A stretch of DNA of 32,000 nt from Variovorax sp. CAN15 (GCF_030462475.1 NZ_JASMRZ010000049.1:1-32000); one strand, 5' to 3'; positions 1 through 7,811 are shown, counted from the stretch's first letter. Program-made: numbers and translations. Notes: generated by a model from the letters alone, not told the origin.

Positions 1-3000
1 GCGGGTGCACGCGGGGCGGGTGCGCTTTCACCAGTACCTGCAGTGGGTGGCCGACCGGCAGTTCTCACGCGTCGCAGCACGCTGCCGCGCGCTCGGAATG
101 GGCGTGGGTCTCTACACGGACCTGGCCGTCTCGGTCGATCGAGCGGGCTCCGATGCCTGGTCTTTCCAGGAAGGCTTCGCCGAAAACGCCAGCATCGGTG
201 CGCCGCCGGACGAGTTCAACCCGGCCGGCCAGCGCTGGGGTCTGCCGCCGTTGCGGCCAGCCAGCCTGCGCGCCGACGGCTATCGTTTCTTCATCGAGAC
301 GCTGCGCGCCAGCATGCGCGGCGCGGGCGCCCTGCGCATCGACCACGCGATGGGACTGATGCGGCTGTTCTGGATTCCGCCGGGGTGCGGCGCGGGAGAG
401 GGCGCCTACGTCTACTACCCTCTGGATGAAATGCTCGCCATCGTCGCCATCGAAAGCCACCGGCAGCGCTGCATGGTGGTTGGCGAGGATCTCGGCACGG
501 TCGAGGACGCGGTGCGCAACGGCCTCTCGCGGGCCGACGTGCTCTCGTACCGGCTTCTCTACTTCGAGCAGCGGCACGGCGGCGGCTTCAAGGCGCCCGC
601 CGAGTACCCGCCGGCGGCGCTGGTCGCGATCAGTACGCACGATCTGGCCACCTTCGCGGGCTGGTGGACGGCCGCCGATCTGCGCGAGCGGCTGGCGCTG
701 GGCCTGTTCCCCGATCCAGCGGTCTTCGACAGGCAACTGGCGGACCGCGTGCGCGAGCGCGTCGAGTTGATGCACTCGATGCAGCAGGAAGGCCTGCTGT
801 CGCGCGAGGAGATGGCGGAGGCGGCCGGTCTCGCGGCACCTTCGGAACGGGTGGTGGAGGCGGCGCATGCCTTCCTGGCCAGCACGCCGTCGGCGCTGAT
901 GATGGTGCAACTGGAGGACGTGGCCGGCACCATCGAGCAGGCCAATATGCCGGGCACGGTCGACGAGCATCCCAACTGGCGCCGCAAGCTGGCGCAGCCT
1001 GTCGCGGCGCTGGTGCAGGGCGATCGCATGCACGGGCTGGCCCGGTTGCTGCGCGAAGCGCGGCCGCGGCAGGTGCAAGGCGAAACGCCCGCCGGCCTGC
1101 AGGCGCGCATTCCACGCGCCACCTACAGGCTGCAGTTCCACAAGGACTTCGGCTTCGACGACGCGATCCGCGTGCTGCCGTACCTCGCGAAGCTGGGCGT
1201 GAGCCATGTCTACTGCTCGCCGATACAGCGTGCCCGCCCGGGCAGCATGCACGGCTACGACGTGGTCGCGCATACGGAGATCAACCCCGAGCTGGGCGGC
1301 GTGGAAGGCTTCGCGCGCTTCGTCGATGCGCTCAAGGCCAACGGCCTCGGCCAGTTGCTGGACATGGTGCCCAACCACATGGGAGTGTTCGGCGCCGACA
1401 ACGCATGGTGGATGGACGTGCTGGAAAACGGCCCTGCCTCGCTCTTCGCGCAGCACTTCGACATCGACTGGCAGCCGCTGAACCCCGAGCTGGCCGGCAA
1501 GGTGCTGCTGCCGGTGCTGGGTGGGCACTACGGCGAGACGCTGGATGGCGGAGAGCTGGTTCTGTGCTTCGAGGCAGCGGCCGGCAGCTTCGCCATTCGC
1601 TACTTCGAGCATCGTTTTCCGCTGGCGCCCGAGACTTATCCGGTGGTGCTGGAGCGGGCGCTCGAGCGGCTCGGCGATGCCGATGCGTCGCATCGGCTTG
1701 CGAGCCTGTCTACAGCCTTCGGACGCCTTCCTGGGCGTGACCTGGCATCGCCGCATGAGCAGGCCGAGCGAGTTCGCGACAAGGAACTGTGCAAGGCGCG
1801 CCTCGCGGATCTGGTGCAGAGCCAACCGTCGGTGGCCCATGCGCTTGCGGCCGCGACGGCGGAGTTCAACCTGGCCTCGGCGGAAGCTCGCGACGCGCTG
1901 CATCGGCTGATCGAGGCACAGGCCTACAGGCTCGCGCACTGGCGGGTGGCGGCCGACGAGATCAACTACCGGCGCTTCTTCGACATCAACGATCTGGCGG
2001 GCGTGCGCATGGAGCGCGGCGAGGTGTTCGAGGCGACTCAGTCGTTCGCTCTCGACCTGGCGGCTTCGGGCGTGGTGGACGGACTGCGGATCGATCATCC
2101 GGACGGGCTCTACGACCCGGCGGGCTATTTCCGCAAGCTCCAGGAAGGCTATGCGCGCCGCGCCGGACTGGTGCTGCCGACGCACGACGCCCAAGGCCGG
2201 CCCGCGCGGCCGCTCTACGTGGTGGCCGAGAAGATCGCGGCGGCGCACGAGGACGTGCCCGACAGCTGGCATGTGCACGGCACCACCGGCTACCGGTTCG
2301 CGAACGTGGCCAACGGCGTGCTGGTCGACACCGCCGGCAGGGATCGCGTGCTGCATGCCTGGCAGCGCTTCACCGGCGTGGTGGAAGACTTCGCCTCGAT
2401 CTGCCGCGACGGGCGGCGGGAGGTGATGCGCAATGCGCTGTCGTCGGAGCTCAACGTGCTGTCCGGCGTGCTGCTGCGGATCGCCCGGGCCGACCGGGGC
2501 ACGCGCGACTACACGCTCAACGCGCTTCGCCGCGCGCTGACGGGTGTATGCGCCTGCATGACCGTCTACCGCACGTACATCGTCGACGAGCCGTCCGCCC
2601 AGGACGGTCGCTTCATCGACGAGGCAGTGGCCGAAGCCGCGCGGCGCAGTGGGGATGCCGACCTGTCGGTGTTCGGCTTTCTGCGCGGCGCACTGCGCGG
2701 CGAGGCGTCCGCCGGAGCATCCCCCGCGCTGGCTGAACGGGTGCGCCGCTTCGCGATGCGCTTCCAGCAGTTCAGCGCGCCGGTGGCGGCCAAGGGTGTG
2801 GAAGACACGGCGTTCTACCGCTACTTTCCGCTGAGCTCGCTCAATGAGGTAGGCGGAGAGCCGGATCTCTTCGGCATCGAGATCGGGCAGTTCCACGCGC
2901 TTTCCGCCGACCGCGCGCTGCGCTGGCCGCACACCATGCTGGCGACATCGACACACGACAACAAGCGCTCGGAGGACGTGCGCAACCGGATCGACGTGCT

Positions 3001-3991
3001 CTCGGAAATTCCCGACGACTGGATGCGTGCGCTGGCGCGCTGGCACGGCAAGTGCCGCGGCACGCGCGCGAATCTGCCGGGCGGCGAGGCCCCGTCGCGC
3101 GCCGACGAATACCTGTTTTACCAGACGCTGCTGGGCACCTTGCCGCCGGGCGGGCTCGATGCGGATGCGCTGCCGGAGTACACGCAGCGCATCTGCCAGT
3201 ACATGCGCAAGGCCGCGCGCGAAGCCAAGCTGCGCACACGCTGGACCCAGCCGGACGAAGACTACGAAGCCGCGCTGGAGCACTTCGTGCAGGAAATCCT
3301 GGCTCCGGCTGAAAACGGGGAGGAGGGCGAGTGCCTGCGCGACATCCGGCTGCTGTCGGACCGGCTCGCGACGATCGGTGCATGGAACAGCCTCACGTTG
3401 ACGTTGCTGAAGTACGCCTCGCCGGGCGTGCCGGATCTCTACCAAGGCAGCGAACTGATCGCGCTGAGCCTCGTGGATCCGGACAACCGGCGGCCGGTGG
3501 ACTATGCGCTGCGCCAGCGGCTGCTCGAGGAACTGGACGGGATGGCCGGCGAGGATGGGCTCGCCCGGCGGGTTTGCGCGATGGCCGAGTCTCCGCACGA
3601 TGGACGGGCGAAGCTCTGGTTCATCTGGCGCCTGCTGTCCTTGCGCCGGGTACAGCCGCTGCTGTTTGACGAAGGCAGCTACGAGCCGCTGGAGGTCGAG
3701 GGCCCGCTGGCGGGGCACGTGGTCGCGTTCGCCCGGCGGCATGCCGACCAAACGGTGCTGGTTCTGGCGGCCCGCCTGTTCGCGTCCTTTTCCGGCGATG
3801 CTGCAACGCCGATGCTGCCGGAGCCGACGAAATGGAACGGCACGACGATCCGCCTGCCGGAAGGACTCGGTGGACGCTCGTTCCGCAACCTGCTGACCGG
3901 GGAGGTCGTTTCCCTCAAAGAACGGCTGGAGCTGACCGATGCATTCAACTCGATCCCATGGGCAGCATTGGCTCCTGACGCCACGCTCTGA
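1..3991 (+). CDS. Fused 4-alpha-glucanotransferase (MalQ-like, GH77; 5' end outside window) / maltooligosyl-trehalose synthase (TreY-like, GH13)
   Basis: One uninterrupted ORF, open at the window edge. The first ~355 aa carry amylomaltase-type motifs (RIDHAMGLMRLFWIP, VVGEDLGTV, ISTHDLATFAGWW, NMPGTVDEHPNWRRK). With no stop codon, a TreY-type domain then follows (ATYRLQFHKDFGFDD, LGVSHVYCSPI, MVPNHMG, GLRIDHPDGL, TSTHDNKRSEDVR). An in-frame GTG at 1073 lies near the junction, but no stop separates the two halves. Confidence 0.85.
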   Translation, partial: RVHAGRVRFHQYLQWVADRQFSRVAARCRALGMGVGLYTDLAVSVDRAGSDAWSFQEGFAENASIGAPPDEFNPAGQRWGLPPLRPASLRADGYRFFIETLRASMRGAGALRIDHAMGLMRLFWIPPGCGAGEGAYVYYPLDEMLAIVAIESHRQRCMVVGEDLGTVEDAVRNGLSRADVLSYRLLYFEQRHGGGFKAPAEYPPAALVAISTHDLATFAGWWTAADLRERLALGLFPDPAVFDRQLADRVRERVELMHSMQQEGLLSREEMAEAAGLAAPSERVVEAAHAFLASTPSALMMVQLEDVAGTIEQANMPGTVDEHPNWRRKLAQPVAALVQGDRMHGLARLLREARPRQVQGETPAGLQARIPRATYRLQFHKDFGFDDAIRVLPYLAKLGVSHVYCSPIQRARPGSMHGYDVVAHTEINPELGGVEGFARFVDALKANGLGQLLDMVPNHMGVFGADNAWWMDVLENGPASLFAQHFDIDWQPLNPELAGKVLLPVLGGHYGETLDGGELVLCFEAAAGSFAIRYFEHRFPLAPETYPVVLERALERLGDADASHRLASLSTAFGRLPGRDLASPHEQAERVRDKELCKARLADLVQSQPSVAHALAAATAEFNLASAEARDALHRLIEAQAYRLAHWRVAADEINYRRFFDINDLAGVRMERGEVFEATQSFALDLAASGVVDGLRIDHPDGLYDPAGYFRKLQEGYARRAGLVLPTHDAQGRPARPLYVVAEKIAAAHEDVPDSWHVHGTTGYRFANVANGVLVDTAGRDRVLHAWQRFTGVVEDFASICRDGRREVMRNALSSELNVLSGVLLRIARADRGTRDYTLNALRRALTGVCACMTVYRTYIVDEPSAQDGRFIDEAVAEAARRSGDADLSVFGFLRGALRGEASAGASPALAERVRRFAMRFQQFSAPVAAKGVEDTAFYRYFPLSSLNEVGGEPDLFGIEIGQFHALSADRALRWPHTMLATSTHDNKRSEDVRNRIDVLSEIPDDWMRALARWHGKCRGTRANLPGGEAPSRADEYLFYQTLLGTLPPGGLDADALPEYTQRICQYMRKAAREAKLRTRWTQPDEDYEAALEHFVQEILAPAENGEEGECLRDIRLLSDRLATIGAWNSLTLTLLKYASPGVPDLYQGSELIALSLVDPDNRRPVDYALRQRLLEELDGMAGEDGLARRVCAMAESPHDGRAKLWFIWRLLSLRRVQPLLFDEGSYEPLEVEGPLAGHVVAFARRHADQTVLVLAARLFASFSGDAATPMLPEPTKWNGTTIRLPEGLGGRSFRNLLTGEVVSLKERLELTDAFNSIPWAALAPDATL

Positions 3992-4017
3992 TCAAGAGCA
4001 AATCATCTGTTATCAAT

Positions 4018-4045
4018 ATTTAACATAATGCACATTGTGTCCAAT
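4018..4045. repeat. dif-like 28-bp XerC/XerD-type site (attL): ATTTAACATAA-TGCACA-TTGTGTCCAAT
   Basis: 4018-4028 is the exact reverse complement of the conserved XerD arm of E. coli dif (TTATGTTAAAT). A 6-bp spacer and an 11-bp second arm follow, and that arm matches the E. coli XerC arm at 6/11 positions. The spacer plus second arm recur at 13133-13149 with one mismatch. Confidence 0.6.
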
Positions 4046-4412
4046 GCGCCAGCATTCCGACCAGGTCAGTAGCTCCCGGGACCATCGAAAAAATCTGGTG
4101 TGCCGCTGCTCCAGCGGAACCGATAGCCGCGCCAGTCACTAGCAAAGCTTTTCCCAGCGCTTTCATGAGCGCGTCCCCCTTGGGCTTTCCCTCGTAAGCC
4201 TCGACTGTCGCGCGTGCCAGCACTTGCACCGGGTCGAGTCCGGCTATGTGGGCCATCAGTGCTTGGTCTGCCGGCGTGCATGCCTGGTGAGCGTGCCGCC
4301 AGTTGCTGATGCGTTGGCGGGTTACTCCCAGCGCGATCGCCAGTTTGTTGTCGCTGCCCGCTGCCTTTGCTGCCTTGTCGATTAGCAGGTTTAGTTCTTC
4401 GAGATGTTGCAT
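4020..4412 (-). CDS. Phage repressor-like HTH DNA-binding protein (Cro/CI / YdaS-like), with a hydrophobic C-terminal segment
   Basis: The ATG at 4412 gives MQHLEELNLLIDKAAKAAGSDNKLAIALGVTRQRISNWRH, a helix-turn-helix pattern. The gene is divergent from the phage forward operon. The track start at 4460 is a TTG and looks less likely. The last codons overlap the dif-like site. Confidence 0.7.
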   Translation of the reverse strand: MQHLEELNLLIDKAAKAAGSDNKLAIALGVTRQRISNWRHAHQACTPADQALMAHIAGLDPVQVLARATVEAYEGKPKGDALMKALGKALLVTGAAIGSAGAAAHQIFSMVPGATDLVGMLAHWTQCALC

Positions 4413-4492
4413 GTCTTTACTCACGTACAAGAATTGATGTACATTCCCGGCACGTATCAATATCTGTGAACGTACACGGACTGAGGGACATT
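4413..4492. promoter_or_regulatory. Divergent promoter/operator region of the prophage with repeated ACGTACA-type motifs
   Basis: AT-rich 80-bp gap between the repressor start (4412) and the first forward ORF (4493). It contains ACGTACA at 4423-4429 and 4470-4476, ACGTATCA at 4452-4459, and the palindrome TGTACA at 4438-4443. Confidence 0.45.
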
Positions 4493-4636
4493 ATGGCTCG
4501 GAGGGAACAGCTGTTACCAGCACGGCGACAACAGTCGCTTCCGGCGCGCGCGCGTGCCGGCCAATCCGGTGTCGGCATGGTCGCCATGTTCCTCGGCCGT
4601 CGCCCTCCAGCTCAGCAGCCGGTCAAGCAGCAATGA
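4493..4636 (+). CDS. Small basic hypothetical protein (47 aa), possible first gene of the phage forward operon
   Basis: ATG preceded by GAGGGA at appropriate spacing. The stop overlaps the next ATG (ATGA at 4633-4636). The composition is Arg/Gln-rich, so coding status is uncertain. Confidence 0.3.
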   Translation: MARREQLLPARRQQSLPARARAGQSGVGMVAMFLGRRPPAQQPVKQQ

Positions 4637-4947
4637 GTAAGCAAGCCCAGTACTTCCTGCGCATGTGGTACGGCGTCTTGGCGCGTCTGGAGCACCCCCG
4701 CCACAGTGCTCAATTCGACCGTGAGCTTTTCGAGGATGAGCATCGAGTGCGCATCCTGGCCGCCGACTTGATCGGATGGGGCGTCAGCCGGCCGGACGAG
4801 CCGGCCGCGCGGAGCGGAGCGACTCGCGAGCCGGCGCTGTCGGCCGTGAACCCGCTCCCGAATTTTTGTCAGGCGGGCGTGGTAGCACCGCCTGACAGTC
4901 TCATGCACGAGAAAAGCGCCGTTATCGGGCGCGGGGTGCAGGCATGA
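4633..4947 (+). CDS. Hypothetical phage protein (104 aa)
   Basis: ORF in the forward phage operon, coupled by ATGA overlaps to both neighbours. Its composition is less biased than that of the antisense ORF 4612-4908. No family recognised. Confidence 0.5.
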   Translation: MSKQAQYFLRMWYGVLARLEHPRHSAQFDRELFEDEHRVRILAADLIGWGVSRPDEPAARSGATREPALSAVNPLPNFCQAGVVAPPDSLMHEKSAVIGRGVQA

Positions 4948-5174
4948 CGAACGGTGTCCTGCCTTTTTTCCTCTATACGGGTTCGGGCGCGTCGACTTGC
5001 TACGTTATTTCATGGACCGGCCGTCGCATCGATGGCGACGATGTCGAGCCGCAGGTGTATCGCGTTGTGTGTCATGGCGTGAAAGCTGCCCGTGCTGCGC
5101 AGGATGGGCTTCGCGCTCGTGGGTTCACCGTCACGTGCGAACAGGTGGCGTTCTATCGGGTTGGTGGCGACTGA
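4944..5174 (+). CDS. Hypothetical phage protein (76 aa)
   Basis: Coupled ORF. Its start overlaps the previous stop, and its stop TGA overlaps the ATG of the replication gene (TGATG at 5172-5176). No family recognised. Confidence 0.5.
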   Translation: MTNGVLPFFLYTGSGASTCYVISWTGRRIDGDDVEPQVYRVVCHGVKAARAAQDGLRARGFTVTCEQVAFYRVGGD

Positions 5175-6358
5175 TGGCCTACGACACCATCAAGCTCCGC
5201 TCCCCGTTCATGGACCTGTCCGTCATGCGCCGGATCGAGCAGCAATGCATCCTGCGTTCGGGCATGCATCTCGGTACTGGCGAGATCCTGTACGAACTGC
5301 ACGCCGGCGAGCTGCTCGGGAGCTGGGATGCCCGCATCGGGATCAAGCCGATGCATGAGGAGCACGTGGCTGACAAGAACGGCCGCGTTCGGCTGCAGCC
5401 CTGCGAGCCTTACTTGCTTATCGAGGCCAGCGTGCACAAGGTGCTGCTTGGTCACAACGTCTATGGCGGGCCGACCAACTTCCTGGAGGCCGCGCGCTAT
5501 CTGGTCGCGCTCATCGAGAAGCTGCTGGACACGGATTTGCCAGCTGCAGACAACTGGACGGTGCACCGCGTTGACGTGGCGAACGTCTTCGTGCTCTCCC
5601 CTGCCGGCATCAAACAGTTTTTCGATTCGATGCAGCTCATGAGCTTTCCGCGCCGTGGTGCGAAGGCGATGAAGTGCGCGATGAGCATTTACTTCCCGGG
5701 CAAGACCACGACCGTGAAGTTCTATCACAAGGGCTCCGAGTTCAAGGTGCACGACTACGCCAGGCTGCGCCGCTTTTTCCGCACCCTCTTCGATCACTTG
5801 CACGGCACCGACGAGAAGAACCCCGAGCGCGTCGAACGCAAGCTGCGCGCTCTTCAACGTCTCGCTGATCGACGCCTGCGCGTCGAGGTCGAGATCCACT
5901 CCGACAAATTGCAGTACGACTTCGGACGGAACCCCACCGCCGCCGAGATCGGGGATGAGTACCTGCAGCGCATTCACGACAGCGAAATCGAACGAATCCT
6001 TCGCGAAGGAAAACAAGGCATGGACACCGTACGCACCGAAGAGGCCGTGTGGCAGCGCCTCCAGTCTCGCTACCCGCAAAAGCTCGCCCACGTGCTGCAT
6101 GCCTTCTGGCAAACGATGGCCACGCGCGGCGACGACAAGGCGAAGGAGCGTTACACGAAGCCGACCTTCTACCGCAATCGCAAGCTGCTCGAAGAGGTTG
6201 GCGTGAGCTGGCGCGGCAGCGACATCGTCCTGGTGGCGAACGATTCCTTAATCCATGACTTCACGCCCATGAGGGGCGACAGGCGGTTCTGCAATCAACC
6301 GGCTCGGAACCGCCCCGAGTACCACGTCAGCCGGGATTTGATGCGCCTCGCGGCGTAG
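5174..6358 (+). CDS. Rolling-circle replication initiator, filamentous-phage gene II-like (Phage_CRI / Rep_trans type)
   Basis: The ATG at 5174 gives MAYDTIKLRSPFMD..., about 394 aa. It sits first in the replication module, directly upstream of a ~100-aa candidate ssDNA-binding gene. The WTVHRVDVANVF segment resembles the conserved RxDxA motif of this Rep family. The track start at 4997 overlaps the upstream ORF and is rejected. Confidence 0.65.
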   Translation: MAYDTIKLRSPFMDLSVMRRIEQQCILRSGMHLGTGEILYELHAGELLGSWDARIGIKPMHEEHVADKNGRVRLQPCEPYLLIEASVHKVLLGHNVYGGPTNFLEAARYLVALIEKLLDTDLPAADNWTVHRVDVANVFVLSPAGIKQFFDSMQLMSFPRRGAKAMKCAMSIYFPGKTTTVKFYHKGSEFKVHDYARLRRFFRTLFDHLHGTDEKNPERVERKLRALQRLADRRLRVEVEIHSDKLQYDFGRNPTAAEIGDEYLQRIHDSEIERILREGKQGMDTVRTEEAVWQRLQSRYPQKLAHVLHAFWQTMATRGDDKAKERYTKPTFYRNRKLLEEVGVSWRGSDIVLVANDSLIHDFTPMRGDRRFCNQPARNRPEYHVSRDLMRLAA

Positions 6359-6370
6359 GAGTGAAAGCAC

Positions 6371-6694
6371 ATGAACGCAGTTGTTCAACCCGCCGGCATG
6401 CAATTTTCGCGTGCGAAACCGATGGAGGTCCTGGTCAAGGGCCGTATCGATGCTCGTCGTCGTCACGATGGCACGCACTACACGCGTGTGCTCACGCCGG
6501 CGCCGGATGCGTATAGCCGTCCGCAGGTGGTTGAGATCCGCAGTAAGCAGTCCCTCGGCGCGACGGGTGACGAAATCGAGAAGCTGTGCAAGCTCGGCGG
6601 CTATACGCGCAAGGCCTTCCGTACGACCGACAAGGAAACCGGTGAAACCACGATGGTGACGCCGGTGGATCTGACGCTCGACGAGATCGAGTGA
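6371..6694 (+). CDS. Candidate ssDNA-binding protein (gene V equivalent), 107 aa
   Basis: The size and its position immediately after the Rep gene match the inovirus g5p slot. No motif recognised with certainty. Confidence 0.45.
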   Translation: MNAVVQPAGMQFSRAKPMEVLVKGRIDARRRHDGTHYTRVLTPAPDAYSRPQVVEIRSKQSLGATGDEIEKLCKLGGYTRKAFRTTDKETGETTMVTPVDLTLDEIE

Positions 6695-6867
6695 TGCCCT
6701 CCCCCGCCGCCGCCCTCGCCTTCGCCGTCGCTGGCTTCTTGCTGGCGATGGTTGTTGTCGGGCTCATCTGGGTCGACGGCGAACGCGCTGCCAAGCGTGA
6801 TCGCATTGAGCGCGTGCGCCGTCGCGATCACTCGAAGGTGCCTTCAATCCACTCGGCTTCTCGCTGA
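6694..6867 (+). CDS. Small single-pass membrane protein (57 aa), not in the supplied ORF track
   Basis: Hand translation gives MPSPAAALAFAVAGFLLAMVVVGLIWVDGERAAKRDRIERVRRRDHSKVPSIHSASR. The ATG overlaps the previous stop (TGATG at 6692-6696). It has an N-terminal TM helix and a basic tail. Confidence 0.5.
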   Translation: MPSPAAALAFAVAGFLLAMVVVGLIWVDGERAAKRDRIERVRRRDHSKVPSIHSASR

Positions 6868-6880
6868 TCCGAGGAAAACC

Positions 6881-7174
6881 ATGGCTGCAATTGATGTGTC
6901 TGCTCTCGGTACTGCCTTGCTTGAGAACGCGCAGGCCGTGTCTCTCGTCGGCGTCGCTTGCCTCGGCATTTGGGGTGCGATCAGCGCATTCCGAGTGCTT
7001 CGAGAGCTGCTTGAAATCGGTTCGTCGGCGTCGTCTGGCAGGGGTGGCGGCGGTGGCGGGTCGTCTTCGTTGGATCGGCTTGCTGAGGCTCGTGCGCACG
7101 CGCAGCAGATGCAGTTGACTGGCGAGGGGCAGTCCGCTGCGTATGCAGAGCATGAGGCGCGAGGCGGCAAGTGA
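6881..7174 (+). CDS. Leaderless coat-protein paralogue with Gly/Ser-rich and charged C-terminal extension (97 aa)
   Basis: The ATG at 6881 follows GAGGAAAACC. Residues 2-44 (AAIDVSALGTALLENAQAVSLVGVACLGIWGAISAFRVLRELL) align without gaps to the predicted mature major coat (AAIDVAAVVTDIGAQAAPIGLIGVAVLLIYGAVKAFKWVRAAL), with about half the positions identical. Confidence 0.6.
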   Translation: MAAIDVSALGTALLENAQAVSLVGVACLGIWGAISAFRVLRELLEIGSSASSGRGGGGGGSSSLDRLAEARAHAQQMQLTGEGQSAAYAEHEARGGK

Positions 7175-7272
7175 TCCGCTGGCTTGTCCGCACGTTCGGC
7201 CGTAGTTTTGTCTGGAAGCTCGGCGCGCTCGCTGCCGTCGCGGCGGTGGCTTTCGTCAAGGCGTACTTCTGA
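7171..7272 (+). CDS. Micro-ORF, 33-aa membrane peptide (g7p/g9p-like slot), not in the supplied ORF track
   Basis: The GTG at 7171 overlaps the upstream stop (GTGA). Translation gives MIRWLVRTFGRSFVWKLGALAAVAAVAFVKAYF. Its stop overlaps the next ATG (TGATG at 7270-7274). Confidence 0.45.
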   Translation: MIRWLVRTFGRSFVWKLGALAAVAAVAFVKAYF

Positions 7273-7472
7273 TGGCTGATCCCACTGTCATCGAATGCGC
7301 ATCCGCGTGCACCGTCACCGTGGTGCACGAACTCTCTCTTCCTCCGCTTCAGCTCAGCACTGAAGAGGGGGCACAAATCGCGCTCGCCATCAGCGCGGTC
7401 TGGGTCGTTGGCTGGGCCATCCGCATGGTCCTGAAGACGCTCAGTACTTCCGATGGAAACCAACCTGAGTAA
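7272..7472 (+). CDS. Small membrane protein (66 aa), minor virion/assembly protein slot
   Basis: Coupled ORF with a hydrophobic helix (GAQIALAISAVWVVGWAIRMVL), located just upstream of the major coat gene. Confidence 0.55.
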   Translation: MADPTVIECASACTVTVVHELSLPPLQLSTEEGAQIALAISAVWVVGWAIRMVLKTLSTSDGNQPE

Positions 7473-7485
7473 AGGAAATTTCGAC

Positions 7486-7689
7486 ATGAACGCAAACATC
7501 GTTCGCGGCCTCGTTGCCGCTGGTGCTCTGACCCTCGTGGGCGGTGCGAATGCCGCCGCCATCGACGTGGCGGCTGTGGTCACCGACATCGGCGCACAGG
7601 CCGCTCCGATCGGTCTGATCGGCGTGGCCGTGCTGCTGATCTACGGCGCGGTGAAGGCCTTCAAGTGGGTGCGCGCAGCTCTGAGCTGA
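7486..7689 (+). CDS. Major coat protein (g8p-like) with cleavable leader
   Basis: The ATG at 7486 follows AAAGGAAA. The leader is MNANIVRGLVAAGALTLVGGANA with an A-x-A cleavage motif. The ~44-aa mature peptide has an acidic N-terminus (AAIDVAAVVTD), a hydrophobic core and a basic C-terminus (KAFKWVRAALS). That pattern is the inovirus coat signature. Confidence 0.8.
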   Translation: MNANIVRGLVAAGALTLVGGANAAAIDVAAVVTDIGAQAAPIGLIGVAVLLIYGAVKAFKWVRAALS

Positions 7690-7811
7690 TCCCCCGCTGA
7701 GCGCACCTGGTGGACGCGCCAGGTGCCTTGTTCAAAGCGGTCGCGTTGACTGCTTCGCACAGGGCAACGACACATGGGCCTCTTCGTCATCATCGCAATC
7801 CTGGGGGCCTT

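Noticed and set aside
65-3751. 1228-aa ORF antisense to the MalQ-TreY gene
   Set aside because: Its composition is extremely Arg/Ala/Gly/Pro/Gln-rich, with no recognisable motifs. It mirrors a gene with strong family motifs on the other strand. This is a typical high-GC shadow ORF.
4997-5173. Upstream extension of the Rep ORF to the track start at 4997 (and similar extensions 7453 for coat, 21828 for ADH, 16832-17053 for tmk, 14682-14726 for tatD)
   Set aside because: The extensions overlap upstream genes or lack an SD. Internal ATGs coincide with stop-start overlaps or good SDs, and with the conserved N-termini of the families.
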